In this document: positions 11,522 through 21,854 of the stretch, in pieces | How the letters are laid out: every line of letters begins with the position of its first letter | How positions within the stretch are numbered: the stretch's first letter is position 1 | Source: Candidatus Latescibacterota bacterium | GTDB lineage: Bacteria; Latescibacterota; UBA2968; UBA8231 | Reading direction: 5' to 3' | Assembly (NCBI GenBank): GCA_965242865.1 | Contig: CBDETK010000013.1 | Coordinates: 960,001 to 1,024,000 of the forward strand | DNA: 64,000 nt | The notes under the pieces: model-generated | Database searches by the model: none | What the model saw: the letters and a program-made list of their open reading frames with translations, nothing else | What the model was told of the DNA's origin: nothing | Position numbers and translations under genes: made by a program

Positions 11522-12801
11522 TGCCTTAGCGGGAAGGCAATTACCTCGTCTAAGCAAGTTGCACCGGCAACGATCATGACCAGCCGGTCCAACCCCAAGG
11601 CCACGCCCCCCGCCGGTGGAATACCCCGCTCCATGGCCGCGAGAAACGCCTCGTCGGCCGGTGCGCCCCCCGGCTGTGCCCCCTGTGCAAAGCGCACGCG
11701 CTGCTGGACTGGGTCGTTCAGTTCGGTATAACCGTTTGACAACTCCACTCCGCCCAAATACGCCTCCGTTCTCTCGGCTACGGCCGGGTCGCCTTCTTTG
11801 AGTTTGGCCAAGGCGGCCAACGGCCGAGGATAATCAAAGAGGTGGACCGCCCCTAGTTTAGCCAATTCTGGCTCGACTTTTTCCAGCAGAATTTTGTGGA
11901 ATAGGTCCTCCCAACGATCCCCGCGTCTAGCGCTGCCATAGCCTAGGGCGCGAGTGCGGCGAAACAGCACTTCCGCGCTGGCACAGGAATCCAAATCGAC
12001 CGCCGCCCAGCGCGCAAAGGCCGCGCGGACGCTGAGCCGCTGCCACGGCGGCTGCACATCGATCGCCCGCCCTTGTCGGACGACGCTCGGCCGTCCTAAG
12101 ACGCTTTCCGCCACATAAGCTACCAAGTTTTCGACATCGGCCATGATTTCTTCGTAACTAGCGTACGCTCGATACCATTCGATTAGGGTAAATTCGGGGT
12201 TGTGTTGCGGCCCGCTCTCCCCATTGCGGTACGAGCGGCTGATCTGGTAAATCCGCTCAAAGCCCACTCCTAGCAATCGCTTCATGTACAGCTCGGGCGA
12301 GGGGGCGAGGTACAGGGGCTCGCGCTCCTTATCCCCTTGGTATTCTGTGGCGAATAGCTGGATGGATTCCTCTTGCGCCGAGGCGCGCACCAACGTGGGC
12401 GTCTCCACAGCAAGGAAGTCCGCATCGCGAAAAAAGCTGCGGACAGCGTCTAACACGGCGGCCCGCACTCGCATGTTCGCCCACAGCCCGTTGGCGTGGA
12501 ACCGCGCCCAATCCCCCTGCGGCCATGCCGCGTCGCTAGGGGCTAATAGGCGGATTTGGGAAACAACGATAACTCCTTCCGCAGCAATCCCATACAACTC
12601 AACTATATCTCCGGCTGTTACCCCTTCTGCCTGTGGCTGCACGACCAGATCAACCGCTCCGCTCTCGTCTGCGAGCCGGCCGCGACCGGCCGCGAAGTGG
12701 AGGAGCCGTCCCCGCACCGCCACTTCTCCCACCGCGGTGGCTGCGGTGGCCGCCGGCTGGTGCCGCCACCGCACCCGCGCTGGATAGTGTCTAGATTGCA
12801 T
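11518..12801 (-). CDS. epmA: EF-P lysine aminoacylase (EpmA/GenX-like) with N-terminal OB-fold-like extension
   Basis: [52 protein letters not shown]. Confidence 0.8.
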   Translation of the reverse strand: MQSRHYPARVRWRHQPAATAATAVGEVAVRGRLLHFAAGRGRLADESGAVDLVVQPQAEGVTAGDIVELYGIAAEGVIVVSQIRLLAPSDAAWPQGDWARFHANGLWANMRVRAAVLDAVRSFFRDADFLAVETPTLVRASAQEESIQLFATEYQGDKEREPLYLAPSPELYMKRLLGVGFERIYQISRSYRNGESGPQHNPEFTLIEWYRAYASYEEIMADVENLVAYVAESVLGRPSVVRQGRAIDVQPPWQRLSVRAAFARWAAVDLDSCASAEVLFRRTRALGYGSARRGDRWEDLFHKILLEKVEPELAKLGAVHLFDYPRPLAALAKLKEGDPAVAERTEAYLGGVELSNGYTELNDPVQQRVRFAQGAQPGGAPADEAFLAAMERGIPPAGGVALGLDRLVMIVAGATCLDEVIAFPLRH

Positions 12802-12894
12802 GGCGCTTTTGCCAAAAAAAACCCTTCTGGCCGGCGCGTTCGCCAGCCGAGAAGGGATCGTAGTTAGTGGAAAGCTCAAGGCCCGGGGTGGAAA

Positions 12895-14121
12895 TCAAGC
12901 CCGCTTCTTGTTGTACACGAAGGTGGGCGGGGCCTTGTTTTCGATGAACTCCTTGGTAATGACGCATTCGGCGACATCGTCGCGGGCCGGGAGATCGAAC
13001 ATGATTTCAAACATGACGGTTTCCAAGACCGCCCGCAGGCCGCGCGCCCCCATCTCCTTTTCTTGGGTCAATTCGACGACCTTCTCCAAGGCCTCCTCTT
13101 CAAACCGCAGGGCAATGCCGTCCATCTCAAACAGCTTCTGGTACTGCTTGACGAGCGCATTCCGCGGCTTGAGCAGGATGTCCATTAGTGCCTGATCGCT
13201 CAAGGGGTGCAAGATACCCGCCACGGGCAAGCGGCCAATCAACTCGGGAATTAGGCCGTACTGAATCAGTTCTTCGGGCTCGACGTGCGCCAGCAGATTG
13301 GCCCCGTCCATTTCCTCGCGGTCGTCGAGTGGACTGCCAAAGCCGATGGACTGCGTTCCGATGCGCTGGCTGATAATTTTGTCTAGCCCATCGAAAGCCC
13401 CGCCGCAAATAAAGAGAATGTTCTTGGTATTTATTTGGACCAAAGGCTGTTCGGGGTGCTTGCGCCCGCCCTTGGGAGGCACTCCCGACACCGTCCCCTC
13501 TAAAATTTTGAGGAGCTCCTGTTGGACGCCTTCGCCGGAAACATCGCGGGTTATGGAGGGATTGCCGGATTTGCGGGCGACTTTGTCCAGCTCGTCGATA
13601 AACAAGATCCCACGCTCGGCTTGTTTGACATCGTACTCCGCGGCTTGGAGAAGCCGCACGAGGATGTTTTCCACGTCCTCGCCCACGTACCCAGCTTCGG
13701 TGAGGACGGTGGCATCGACGATGGCAAAGGGCACTTGTAATACGCGCGCCAACGTCTCCGCCAAAAGCGTCTTGCCCACTCCGGTGGGGCCGATGAGCAG
13801 GATATTGCTCTTGCTGAGCTGGACATCCGCCACGCCAGAATGCACCCGCTTGTAGTGATTGTACACGGCAACCGAGAGGGCTTTTTTGGCGCGTTCTTGG
13901 CCGATGATGTGGGCGTCGAGGTGGGCCTTGATTTCAGCCGGCTTGGGCAAGGGCCGACCGTTGAGACTGGGCTCGTGTTTGCCGTCCTCGGCCAGCACCT
14001 CGTTGCACAAGCCAATGCACTCACTGCATATATACACCGAAGGCCCCTGAATAACCTTCTCGACTTGCTCGCCCCCCTTGCCGCAGAACGAACAGGCTAT
14101 ATCGGGCGTTTTTTTGCCCAT
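12895..14121 (-). CDS. clpX: ATP-dependent Clp protease ATP-binding subunit
   Basis: CSFCGK zinc finger, [11 protein letters not shown] loop, GARGLR. Confidence 0.97.
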   Translation of the reverse strand: MGKKTPDIACSFCGKGGEQVEKVIQGPSVYICSECIGLCNEVLAEDGKHEPSLNGRPLPKPAEIKAHLDAHIIGQERAKKALSVAVYNHYKRVHSGVADVQLSKSNILLIGPTGVGKTLLAETLARVLQVPFAIVDATVLTEAGYVGEDVENILVRLLQAAEYDVKQAERGILFIDELDKVARKSGNPSITRDVSGEGVQQELLKILEGTVSGVPPKGGRKHPEQPLVQINTKNILFICGGAFDGLDKIISQRIGTQSIGFGSPLDDREEMDGANLLAHVEPEELIQYGLIPELIGRLPVAGILHPLSDQALMDILLKPRNALVKQYQKLFEMDGIALRFEEEALEKVVELTQEKEMGARGLRAVLETVMFEIMFDLPARDDVAECVITKEFIENKAPPTFVYNKKRA

Positions 14122-14126
14122 CGTCC

Positions 14127-14747
14127 CTACGACTGACCGTCTTCGTCTAGAGAATTCGGAGGGCTGTCTTCGCCATCCGCGGCGGCACTGCTGGCGTTTT
14201 CAGCCTCCCCGGTTGCGTCGAGGGCCTCGGGCTCGGTTGCGGCCTCCGCTTCGGCGTTGTCTTGGCTGGCCTTCATTACGTTGATGGCCTGAAATCCCTT
14301 GGCAGTGCGGGTCACCATGAACTCAACTTCGTCGTCTTGGTTTAAGCTCTGTCCCCAATTGGACGAAATGTCGCGCCAGTGGACGAAGACATCGACATGG
14401 CTATCTGTAGAGATGAAACCATATCCCTTATCGTTGTTAAACCACTTGACTACGCCTCGAGTCCAAGTGTTTTCCGCGAGGGTGCGGCGCTCGTGCGTCG
14501 GGGGGCTACTCTCCGCAGGGCCGGGGAGCACACGAGGCGGCTGTTTCTTGCCCTCGCTCTCCAGAACGCGGGCCAGTAAGTCTTGCTTGAGACCTTGGCC
14601 TCCCTCGGCTCCTTGGGCTATCCACTCAACGGCCGTCATCATACCTATGACGTAAGGGCTATCGTTGCCATAGAGCCGGCGGGCATCTCCTATGCGTTGA
14701 GCCAATTCGCCCACCGCTGTGCTTTCTAAATGTATTGAACTACCCAA
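14127..14747 (-). CDS. cold-shock domain protein with N-terminal extension and acidic tail
   Basis: [15 protein letters not shown] (RNP1), DVFVHW (RNP2). Confidence 0.85.
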   Translation of the reverse strand: MGSSIHLESTAVGELAQRIGDARRLYGNDSPYVIGMMTAVEWIAQGAEGGQGLKQDLLARVLESEGKKQPPRVLPGPAESSPPTHERRTLAENTWTRGVVKWFNNDKGYGFISTDSHVDVFVHWRDISSNWGQSLNQDDEVEFMVTRTAKGFQAINVMKASQDNAEAEAATEPEALDATGEAENASSAAADGEDSPPNSLDEDGQS

Positions 14748-14841
14748 TTAATCCACTCCTCCTACCCCTTAAAGGGCCTTATGCCGCTTAGCGAAATTTG
14801 GGATATGAGACGATGTAGTTAAGCACATATATATAGGTTTG

Positions 14842-16233
14842 TCAACCTACTCTAAATCGGTATTGCTTGATCCCTTGGTAGATGGTTTGGACGCTCACTT
14901 TTGCGATGCCCGTGAGCGGTACGGCGATCAGCATTCCGACGATGCCCATTAACTGGCTTCCCACCATGACGACAAAGAGGACGACTAAAGGGTGCAATTC
15001 GACGCTTTTGGCCACCATGGTGGGTTGAATGAGCACGTTGTCGATCAGTTGAATGACCAAGAACATGACGATCACTTTGGCCACCATCGCCAAGCCACCG
15101 CCGGTAGCCAAGGCCACAATCGACGAGCAGACGATCCCGATCAACGGCCCGAGATATGGGATTGCATTGGCCAACCCGGCGAGCACCCCCAGCGGCAGGG
15201 CATAATAGACGCCGATAATAGACAAGCCGCTAACGGAGAGCACCGATACGAAGAGGACCGCCAAAAGCTGGCCGCGGATGTAGTTCCCGATCTGTTTATT
15301 GGCTTGGTACAGTAGGTTTAAGCACAATTCAAAATAGGCGTTGGGAACCAAGGCCATCAGGCACCGCGTCAACCGCCGCCCCTCTTTGAGGAAGAAGAAC
15401 GCCACAAACGGCACGAGCACCGCAAAAGTAAGGCCCGAGATCACGCCCTCGATAAACATGGTAGTGCCCCCCAGCATGGTCTTTAGCAGCCGCTCGCCGT
15501 GTTCCCGGATCAACGCAGCGAGCCGGAAATCACTCCCCAAGTAAGGCTGTAGCATGGGCTCAATTTTTGAAGCTCTAGTGCTGGTTTCCGTCACGATCCG
15601 ATCGCCGATTTCCACCAAAACATTGGGCGCAGCCTCGCCAAAGCCAATATCGGTGCGCGAAAACACAACGGCTCCCGGGCGGCCACCGGCCACTTGGCTG
15701 CCGGCGGCCAAATCGCTGTTGCCGTGAACGCTAATGCGCTGGCTGTATTCGTCGGTTCCCTGCGAGTACGCGATCAAGAGCGCGTTTGCCGCCGGGGCAT
15801 GGTCTTTGGGAACAAAGCGCAGGTGAACTGCCAACTCCTCCAGGGGCGCGAGCGCGAACGGCCAGCGGTATTCCCCTCTTAGACTAAACGGCTGGTCCCG
15901 CGAGTCGTCTTCCCAAGCGATCCCTTGGATACTTAGGAGGGTGTCGTCCGGGTTGGCGATGGTAAAAACCCTATCGACCGTTTCGCCGGTCAGCTTGTCT
16001 CCAACCTTGAACGCACCGAGCCCCAATCCGGCGAAGACGAGCGAAAAGACGAGGAGGGTGCTCCAAACCCGCCCCAACCCCTTTCTCTCCAGCCGATCGA
16101 CGATTGGGTGGAGGACATAGGCCAAGACGAACGCTAGAACAAAAGGCGTGAGAATGCCGCGAATCTCGTAGAGAAACCACCCGACCGCCGCTAGGGCCAC
16201 CAAGCCGACTGCGACTTTAACTTGCCAATTCAT
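14842..16233 (-). CDS. AI-2E (PerM/YhhT) family transporter with large soluble insertion
   Basis: ILTPFVLAFVLAYVLHPIVDRLE, YIRGQL, IPYLGP, LHPLVVL, GMLIAVP; start MNWQVK. Confidence 0.85.
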   Translation of the reverse strand: MNWQVKVAVGLVALAAVGWFLYEIRGILTPFVLAFVLAYVLHPIVDRLERKGLGRVWSTLLVFSLVFAGLGLGAFKVGDKLTGETVDRVFTIANPDDTLLSIQGIAWEDDSRDQPFSLRGEYRWPFALAPLEELAVHLRFVPKDHAPAANALLIAYSQGTDEYSQRISVHGNSDLAAGSQVAGGRPGAVVFSRTDIGFGEAAPNVLVEIGDRIVTETSTRASKIEPMLQPYLGSDFRLAALIREHGERLLKTMLGGTTMFIEGVISGLTFAVLVPFVAFFFLKEGRRLTRCLMALVPNAYFELCLNLLYQANKQIGNYIRGQLLAVLFVSVLSVSGLSIIGVYYALPLGVLAGLANAIPYLGPLIGIVCSSIVALATGGGLAMVAKVIVMFLVIQLIDNVLIQPTMVAKSVELHPLVVLFVVMVGSQLMGIVGMLIAVPLTGIAKVSVQTIYQGIKQYRFRVG

Positions 16234-16265
16234 TGGATAGTACCTGCGCTGCTCGGGGGCCGCCG

Positions 16266-16787
16266 CTATGCCGAGAGCTTCTTTAGTAGTTCGGGTGCGT
16301 CGGCCGAGACCGCTCGCGCCAAGCCTTCGACCACCTTCGCGGCAAGTGGGGGGTTGCCCTCTAGGAGCTCGAGTAAGTCGGGGCGACAAAACACGAGGAG
16401 GCTACAAGGCTGGACGGCGTAGGCCGAAGCGGGGCGCGGCGATTGGTCTATGAGGGCCTGTTCGCCAAAAAAATCCCCCCGGGTCAAGGTGGCTAGCGGC
16501 TGCTCAACCCCATCGTCGCCCAGCTGGGCGACTCGCACTTGGCCGGAGACGACGATGTACATCCCCAGCCCGGGATCCCCTTGGTTGATGATCGTCTCGC
16601 GAGCGCGCCAGTCGCGCGGGCCGTAGAGCCTTTCCTCTATCTTGTGCAGCTCGCGCCCGCTCAACTGCCGAAAAATGGGCACGTTTTGCAAGAGCTTGTA
16701 GGTGGCGGTCTCTTCCTCGGCGCGGCCGCTCCGCACGCGCTCTTGCAGGCGGCGAAAGACCTGCCGCCAGAGAGGATTAGCCGGCAT
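16266..16787 (-). CDS. cyclic nucleotide-binding domain protein
   Basis: LLQNVPIF, QGDPGLGMYIVVSG, GDFFGEQAL, PRPASA. Confidence 0.85.
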   Translation of the reverse strand: MPANPLWRQVFRRLQERVRSGRAEEETATYKLLQNVPIFRQLSGRELHKIEERLYGPRDWRARETIINQGDPGLGMYIVVSGQVRVAQLGDDGVEQPLATLTRGDFFGEQALIDQSPRPASAYAVQPCSLLVFCRPDLLELLEGNPPLAAKVVEGLARAVSADAPELLKKLSA

Positions 16788-16813
16788 GGTTGGCACCCCC
16801 GCCTCGGCCGCAT

Positions 16814-17140
16814 TTAGGCCAATGCGGCTTCCAGCTTTGCGGTGATTTGCCCTTTGGCGACGACGCCAATGATCTGGTCTGCGACTTTGCCCTCTTTGAA
16901 GATGAGCAAGGTGGGAATGCTGCGAATGCCAAATTCGGCCGCGGTTTTCTCGGCCGCGTCGACGTCCAGTTTGCACACTTTGGCCCGGCCCTCGTATTCA
17001 CGGCTCAATTCTTGGACAATCGGCGCAATCGCGCGGCACGGACCGCACCACGTCGCCCAGAAATCCACGAGCACGGGCAGGCTCGCTTTGAGGACTTCAG
17101 CACTGAAATTGTCATCGGTTAAGGCAATAGGTTCGCTCAC
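16814..17140 (-). CDS. trxA: thioredoxin
   Basis: DFWATWCGPC, GIRSIPTL. Confidence 0.96.
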   Translation of the reverse strand: MSEPIALTDDNFSAEVLKASLPVLVDFWATWCGPCRAIAPIVQELSREYEGRAKVCKLDVDAAEKTAAEFGIRSIPTLLIFKEGKVADQIIGVVAKGQITAKLEAALA

Positions 17141-17208
17141 GATAGGTCCTTTGCTTGTTGGTTATACTCATACTTTTCAACAGGTTACAACACAATACCT
17201 TGTGCTTC

Positions 17209-17239
17209 AATTTAGGCTTGACACCATCCATTGTCAAGC
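17209..17239 (-). promoter_or_regulatory. trxA promoter overlapped by palindrome GCTTGACA-N8-TGTCAAGC
   Basis: Minus strand TTGACA-N17-TAAATT; perfect 8-bp inverted repeat 17216-17239. Confidence 0.55.
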
Positions 17240-18280
17240 TGAGGGCTTCTTGCACAACTTGGCCACCAGCAGCTCCAAAACCAAGCGCTCTTGGCGTCGC
17301 CCCTGCGATTTTAGCCGCCAATCGGCCTCCTTTAAGGCACTCAACCCGGCCCACAGCCACGCGGCGGAGCGCCGCTGGGCCTGCTCTAAATACCCGGACA
17401 AAAAAAACGGCGCGACTCCCAATTCAGCGGCCATCTTGTCGCGCGGCAGCGATTGGCCCCTCAGTGCCTTGGCCTTGAGCAAAAGCTGGAAGTGGCGAGC
17501 GACCATGACGACAGCGCGGGTCGGCTCTTCGCCCTCGTCGAGCAGTTTTCGCATCAACTCTTGCGCTCGCTTGCCCTGCCCTTTGCCGAGGGCATCGGCG
17601 AGGTCGAACACGCTGGCCCCGCGCGTGATGCCCGCGACTTGTTCGACCGCAGAGGCGGTGATCGGCCGGCCCACGCCGGCAAAACTGACCAACTTTTCTA
17701 GCTCGCTGACCAGCTCGCGCGGCTTAGCCCCCACGTACTGGCTGAGCAGTTGGACGGCCCCGGGCTCGATCGGGATCCCCTGACGCTTGGCGTGCCGCTG
17801 GATCCACTGTGGAACTTGGTTGTCGTAGGGCGGCCTAAATTCTAGCGCCCGGCCCTGGCGCGAAAGCTCGCGAAAGAACTTCCGACGCATATCGACCTTG
17901 CGGCCGCCCACGACCAGCAGCCGACTCGTCGCCACGGGCGTTGTAAATACGCGCTCCAAGCCCCGGCACTGGTCGCCCTCTAGGGCCTCGGCATCGCGCA
18001 ATACGATCAATCGGCTCTCGGCCATCATGGGATAGGTCTCGTAGGCTTGAAAAAAATCCAGTATCTCCAAGCGATCGCGGCCGCGTTCGCGTTTGGCCCT
18101 TAGGACATCGAGGTTGAAATCCCGCGTCTGGGCTGGCACCAAGGCTTCGATCATAGACGCGACCACCGCTTCGCGCTCGTACTCTTCATCGCCGTGCAGC
18201 AAATAAAAGGGCCGAATATCCCCCTGAGTAATTTCGGCCAGCAACTCTTCGGGACTGAGTCCTTTTGCTCTCTTAGCCAC
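17234..18280 (-). CDS. holA: DNA polymerase III subunit delta
   Basis: FYLLHGDEEY, YPMMAESRLIVL, ELEKL, VFDLADAL, LKEADWRLKS. Confidence 0.88.
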   Translation of the reverse strand: MAKRAKGLSPEELLAEITQGDIRPFYLLHGDEEYEREAVVASMIEALVPAQTRDFNLDVLRAKRERGRDRLEILDFFQAYETYPMMAESRLIVLRDAEALEGDQCRGLERVFTTPVATSRLLVVGGRKVDMRRKFFRELSRQGRALEFRPPYDNQVPQWIQRHAKRQGIPIEPGAVQLLSQYVGAKPRELVSELEKLVSFAGVGRPITASAVEQVAGITRGASVFDLADALGKGQGKRAQELMRKLLDEGEEPTRAVVMVARHFQLLLKAKALRGQSLPRDKMAAELGVAPFFLSGYLEQAQRRSAAWLWAGLSALKEADWRLKSQGRRQERLVLELLVAKLCKKPSA

Positions 18281-18476
18281 GATCTTTTCGTTTGACCTCC
18301 TCTTCGTCCAATATGCTGTACTCGGCCTCGGCGACTCGGCTCGGATCAATGGTATCGCGCTTGTTGGACGCGCCACGGCGCGAACCGCCCCTTAGCTGCC
18401 GATACGCAGCCGCACACAGCAACGCGACCGCCGTCGCCAACAGCAGGATGAACAACATGAACAACATGAATTTCAT
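18273..18476 (-). CDS. small membrane protein
   Basis: N-terminal TM helix, C-terminal 'VAEAEY' motif; overlaps holA start. Confidence 0.6.
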   Translation of the reverse strand: MKFMLFMLFILLLATAVALLCAAAYRQLRGGSRRGASNKRDTIDPSRVAEAEYSILDEEEVKRKDRG

Positions 18477-18520
18477 GGTTTACTCGTCCCTTCTTTGTGC
18501 GCTAGCTCTAGATTTAACGC

Positions 18521-18549
18521 AAAAAGCTCCCCCTGTTACCGGGGGAGCT
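18521..18549 (-). terminator. intrinsic terminator
   Basis: AGCTCCCCC/GGGGGAGCT stem followed by U-tract on minus strand. Confidence 0.7.
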
Positions 18550-18587
18550 CTGCGTAGTGCTGCAGGCGGCGGACTCGGCGGACTCAA

Positions 18588-19043
18588 CTATTCTGCGGCT
18601 TGCCACTTGAGCGGGAAGGGGTCGGTCTTACCGGCATCCTCCCATATTTTCTTTAGGTTGGCATACACGGTGACAAATTCTCCTTCGACGACCGAAATGC
18701 TCTTTTGGGCGTTGGGCACAAACGTCGGGAAGTCCGGCTCGACCAGCTTGCGCATCGCCGCCTTCAAGGCCCGCTTCATTTTGTTGTTCAAGGCCCGGAG
18801 GTACTTGTCCTCCAGCTCGATCTTCTCCAATTCGTCGTGCAAGGTCTGCATGACCTGTTCGACATCGTTGGCCTGAGAGGTCATCCCCTCGGTCGTTAGG
18901 TACACCTGATAGCGCATTAGCTGTTGGCTATGGGTATCCAAGCCCTGCAAGGTCTGGATATAAGGGGTTAGTTCGTCTTTCTTGCCGCCTCCGCAGGCCA
19001 AAAGCCCGCCGACGAGCGCGCATAAGAGCAAATTTTTGTGCAT
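18588..19043 (-). CDS. hypothetical helical lipoprotein
   Basis: GGAGGA RBS, lipobox LLAC-GGG. Confidence 0.75.
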   Translation of the reverse strand: MHKNLLLCALVGGLLACGGGKKDELTPYIQTLQGLDTHSQQLMRYQVYLTTEGMTSQANDVEQVMQTLHDELEKIELEDKYLRALNNKMKRALKAAMRKLVEPDFPTFVPNAQKSISVVEGEFVTVYANLKKIWEDAGKTDPFPLKWQAAE

Positions 19044-19087
19044 TGGTTCCTCCATTTCCCAAGGGCATTGCCACGCGAAGCCCCAAC

Positions 19088-19936
19088 CTAATAATCCGTT
19101 GGGGGCACGTCAAATGGCCGGCCACGGCGATAGAGCACCGCGTTCAACTCGCCGCCCAACAGCAGAGTAAAAGCCAGCAAATACGCGGACAGCAAGAGGA
19201 TGATGGCAGCCCCGAGCACGCCATAGATAATGTTGTAATAGCTGAATCGCTCGATGTACTCCAAGGCCGAGGCAATGACCCCGGCTAGCCCAGAAGCCAC
19301 CACACTCCCCGGCAATACGTCCAACCAACGCAGGCGCACGGCGGGCATGATGCAGTAAATACAAGTGGTAGTGGCGATCATGCCCACCACGACCACCGCC
19401 TGCCTCAACCAAGCCACCAGCGGAGAAAAGTGCGAGGAAATCCAATAGTCCCGCAGCCAACGCTCGACGTGTTCGCCGAATACGATGAGGTTAAAGAAAA
19501 AAACGAAAGAAACCCCCAAGACCACGACTAGGGCCAGCGAGAGGACGCGCCGCCTGTAAAAGGACCGATGCTCTCGTACGCCATAAGCACGGTTGAGCGC
19601 CATCATCGTAGCGGACATGCTCGCCGACGCCGGCCAGACGACGCCCAAGACCCCGATGACGAACAAACTTTGCGACGAGAGAACGTGGATGTTGTTTTCG
19701 ATGGTCTCTAGCAGCGGGACGGGGATGACAATGCCCAAAATTTCGAGGACTTGGATGAAGTCCTCGGGCGATATGCCCAAGAGGCCCAATAAGGCCGTCA
19801 GGACGAGAATGCCCGGGAAAATGGCAAATATAAAGTCAAAGGCCATGGCGGCCGCCGAGATCGTGCAATTGTGGCAGTACGTCTTCACCGCGACCGTGCG
19901 ACCGACCGCTAGCCAGCCTCTAAGCGCGCCTATCAC
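19088..19936 (-). CDS. YihY/BrkB family membrane protein
   Basis: AAAMAF..IFAIFP, ALNRAY, YNIIYGVLGAAIILL, LLGGELNA. Confidence 0.85.
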   Translation of the reverse strand: MIGALRGWLAVGRTVAVKTYCHNCTISAAAMAFDFIFAIFPGILVLTALLGLLGISPEDFIQVLEILGIVIPVPLLETIENNIHVLSSQSLFVIGVLGVVWPASASMSATMMALNRAYGVREHRSFYRRRVLSLALVVVLGVSFVFFFNLIVFGEHVERWLRDYWISSHFSPLVAWLRQAVVVVGMIATTTCIYCIMPAVRLRWLDVLPGSVVASGLAGVIASALEYIERFSYYNIIYGVLGAAIILLLSAYLLAFTLLLGGELNAVLYRRGRPFDVPPTDY

Positions 19937-20709
19937 GGCGGCCGGCCCAGACACTCCACGATGGACGCAAAGAGATGACCGTTGGAAGAGAAAGCGTTTT
20001 GGCCGTATATCGTCGGCGTCCCCCGCCAATCGGTAAAGGTGCCGCCGGCTTCCTGTAGAATCGGCAGCAAGGGGCCGCAATCCCACGGATTCATAATGGG
20101 GTCAAAGCTGGCCTCGGCTCGGCCCGTGGCCACGAGTAGGTGGCCGTAACAATCGCCCCACCCCCGGTGTAGCCGCGTGCGAGCGACGAGCTGTTGCCAC
20201 CCTGGTTCGCGGCCCTGTTCGGCAAAGCTCGGCCACGACGTATAGCAAATACAGGCCTGGCCCAACTCGGCTACGGCAGACACGGCCGCCCGCCGGCCAT
20301 TCCACCAACAGCCCTCGCCTCTGGCGGCCCATACCATCTCGTCGAGGGCCGGCATATAGCAACAGCCTACGTCCACTCCAGCGGGGCCTTCCCGGGCGAT
20401 GAGCACTCCGTAGAGCGGCACCCCTTGGACAAACGATTGCGTACCGTCGATGGGGTCGATAATCCAGCGCGTACCGGAGCTTCCCTCAACCCGGCCAAAT
20501 TCCTCGCCGACGATCCCATCGTCGGGATAGGCTTTGGCCAACAAGTCCCGAATTTTGGCTTCGGCTTCGCGGTCCGCCACGGTCACCGGCGATCGGTCTT
20601 CCTTCCACTCGGGGTGGATGCCCGACTGGAAGTAGCGCAAGGTGATCTTGCCCGCTTGCCAAGCCGCCTCTACGGCAAAATCCAAACAATTCCGCAGCGG
20701 CGAACTCAA
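19933..20709 (-). CDS. hisN: inositol monophosphatase family, histidinol-phosphatase-like
   Basis: SPVTVADREAE, GEEFG, WIIDPIDGT, WGDCYG, PWD. Confidence 0.75.
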   Translation of the reverse strand: MSSPLRNCLDFAVEAAWQAGKITLRYFQSGIHPEWKEDRSPVTVADREAEAKIRDLLAKAYPDDGIVGEEFGRVEGSSGTRWIIDPIDGTQSFVQGVPLYGVLIAREGPAGVDVGCCYMPALDEMVWAARGEGCWWNGRRAAVSAVAELGQACICYTSWPSFAEQGREPGWQQLVARTRLHRGWGDCYGHLLVATGRAEASFDPIMNPWDCGPLLPILQEAGGTFTDWRGTPTIYGQNAFSSNGHLFASIVECLGRPP

Positions 20710-21539
20710 CCCAAAATCTCTCGGCGCAGGTCGGTGAGTAATTGTAGGGCCGCGCGAATATCCCCGACTTGGTCCGGGGAAAATTCGCGCTCAATGGTCA
20801 GCGGCCCCTCGTACCCCAGCTCCCGCAGCTTCAAGAGGAAGGCCCGAATATCGACATCGCCTTGGCCCAGCGGCGCATCCTCGTACCACGGCTGACCCGG
20901 GCGGCGCGCAATGGCGGCGTCTTTGCAGTGTACGCTGCGGACCAAGTGCCCCACCCGATCTAATGCCGCTAGCGGCTGGCCAGCTTGGTAGAGGATCATG
21001 TTGGCCGGATCGAAATTGACTGCGAGGTTTTCGCGGCCTACGGCACCGACAAAAGCGAGCAGTTCGTCGGCGGTCTCTTGCCCGGTTTCTAAGTGAAAGT
21101 ACTGGCCGTGCCCCCGGCAGTGATCGCACACGGTGCGCGCAACTTCGACGACCGCGGCAAAATCCGGGTCCGACGCCGCCGGCACAAAGCCCAAGTGCAT
21201 GCCGACCGCATCTACGCCGAGCGCCGCGGCAAAGTCCGCGATGGCCAAGGTCTCTTCGAGCCGACGCTCCCGGCTCGCTAACGGCACCAGCCCGACCGTT
21301 TGCTGGGCGATTTCCGGCGTGGTGTAATCTTCGTCGGGAAAACCGGCGAAAACCACGCTGATTTCGATCCCCGCCGCAGCGAACTGCTCCTTGATTGCCG
21401 CGGCGTTCTCGGCCGTGCGAAAATCGCGGCCCGGGGCGTGTAGATGCACGGTGGTAGCCCCTAACTCCTTCACCGCATCCAAGCCAGCCCCCAAGCCCTC
21501 GTCAATCGAGGTAAATATACCTGTTGCCCATGGGTCCAT
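20706..21539 (-). CDS. sugar phosphate isomerase/epimerase (TIM barrel)
   Basis: HLETGQE, VNFDPANM, VHCKD, LTIERE. Confidence 0.85.
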   Translation of the reverse strand: MDPWATGIFTSIDEGLGAGLDAVKELGATTVHLHAPGRDFRTAENAAAIKEQFAAAGIEISVVFAGFPDEDYTTPEIAQQTVGLVPLASRERRLEETLAIADFAAALGVDAVGMHLGFVPAASDPDFAAVVEVARTVCDHCRGHGQYFHLETGQETADELLAFVGAVGRENLAVNFDPANMILYQAGQPLAALDRVGHLVRSVHCKDAAIARRPGQPWYEDAPLGQGDVDIRAFLLKLRELGYEGPLTIEREFSPDQVGDIRAALQLLTDLRREILG

Positions 21540-21587
21540 TTTGGTTCTCTCCGTTATGGTTGTGGTTGCTATGGTTGCAGACAAATT

Positions 21588-21617
21588 AAAAGAGGGGACA
21601 GCCAAGCCATCCCCTCT
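21588..21617 (-). terminator. intrinsic terminator
   Basis: Minus-strand stem AGAGGGGAUGGC/GCUGUCCCCUCU plus U-tract. Confidence 0.65.
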
Positions 21618-21637
21618 CTGGTAAATCCACGCGCCGC

Positions 21638-21793
21638 TTACCTCCTCGCACTCCCTTCCTTTTCGTTGCGCCGCGTTCCCTCGGCCTGGGCAGCGTCTAA
21701 AATAGCCCGCACCCGCTGGCGAAAATTTTTGATCTGGTTGTCGACTTCGTCTATGGAATTCAGCAGATCCTCCTCAACGGCATCTTCTGGCAT
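21638..21793 (-). CDS. small coiled-coil protein
   Basis: AGGAG RBS, MPEDAVEEDLLNSIDEVDNQIKNFRQRV. Confidence 0.55.
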   Translation of the reverse strand: MPEDAVEEDLLNSIDEVDNQIKNFRQRVRAILDAAQAEGTRRNEKEGSARR

Positions 21794-21854
21794 GGTGTAC
21801 TCCTGCGACTGTTGGGGAGCAGGGGAGCCTGTTGGGGGTCGTCTTTCGGTGCGT

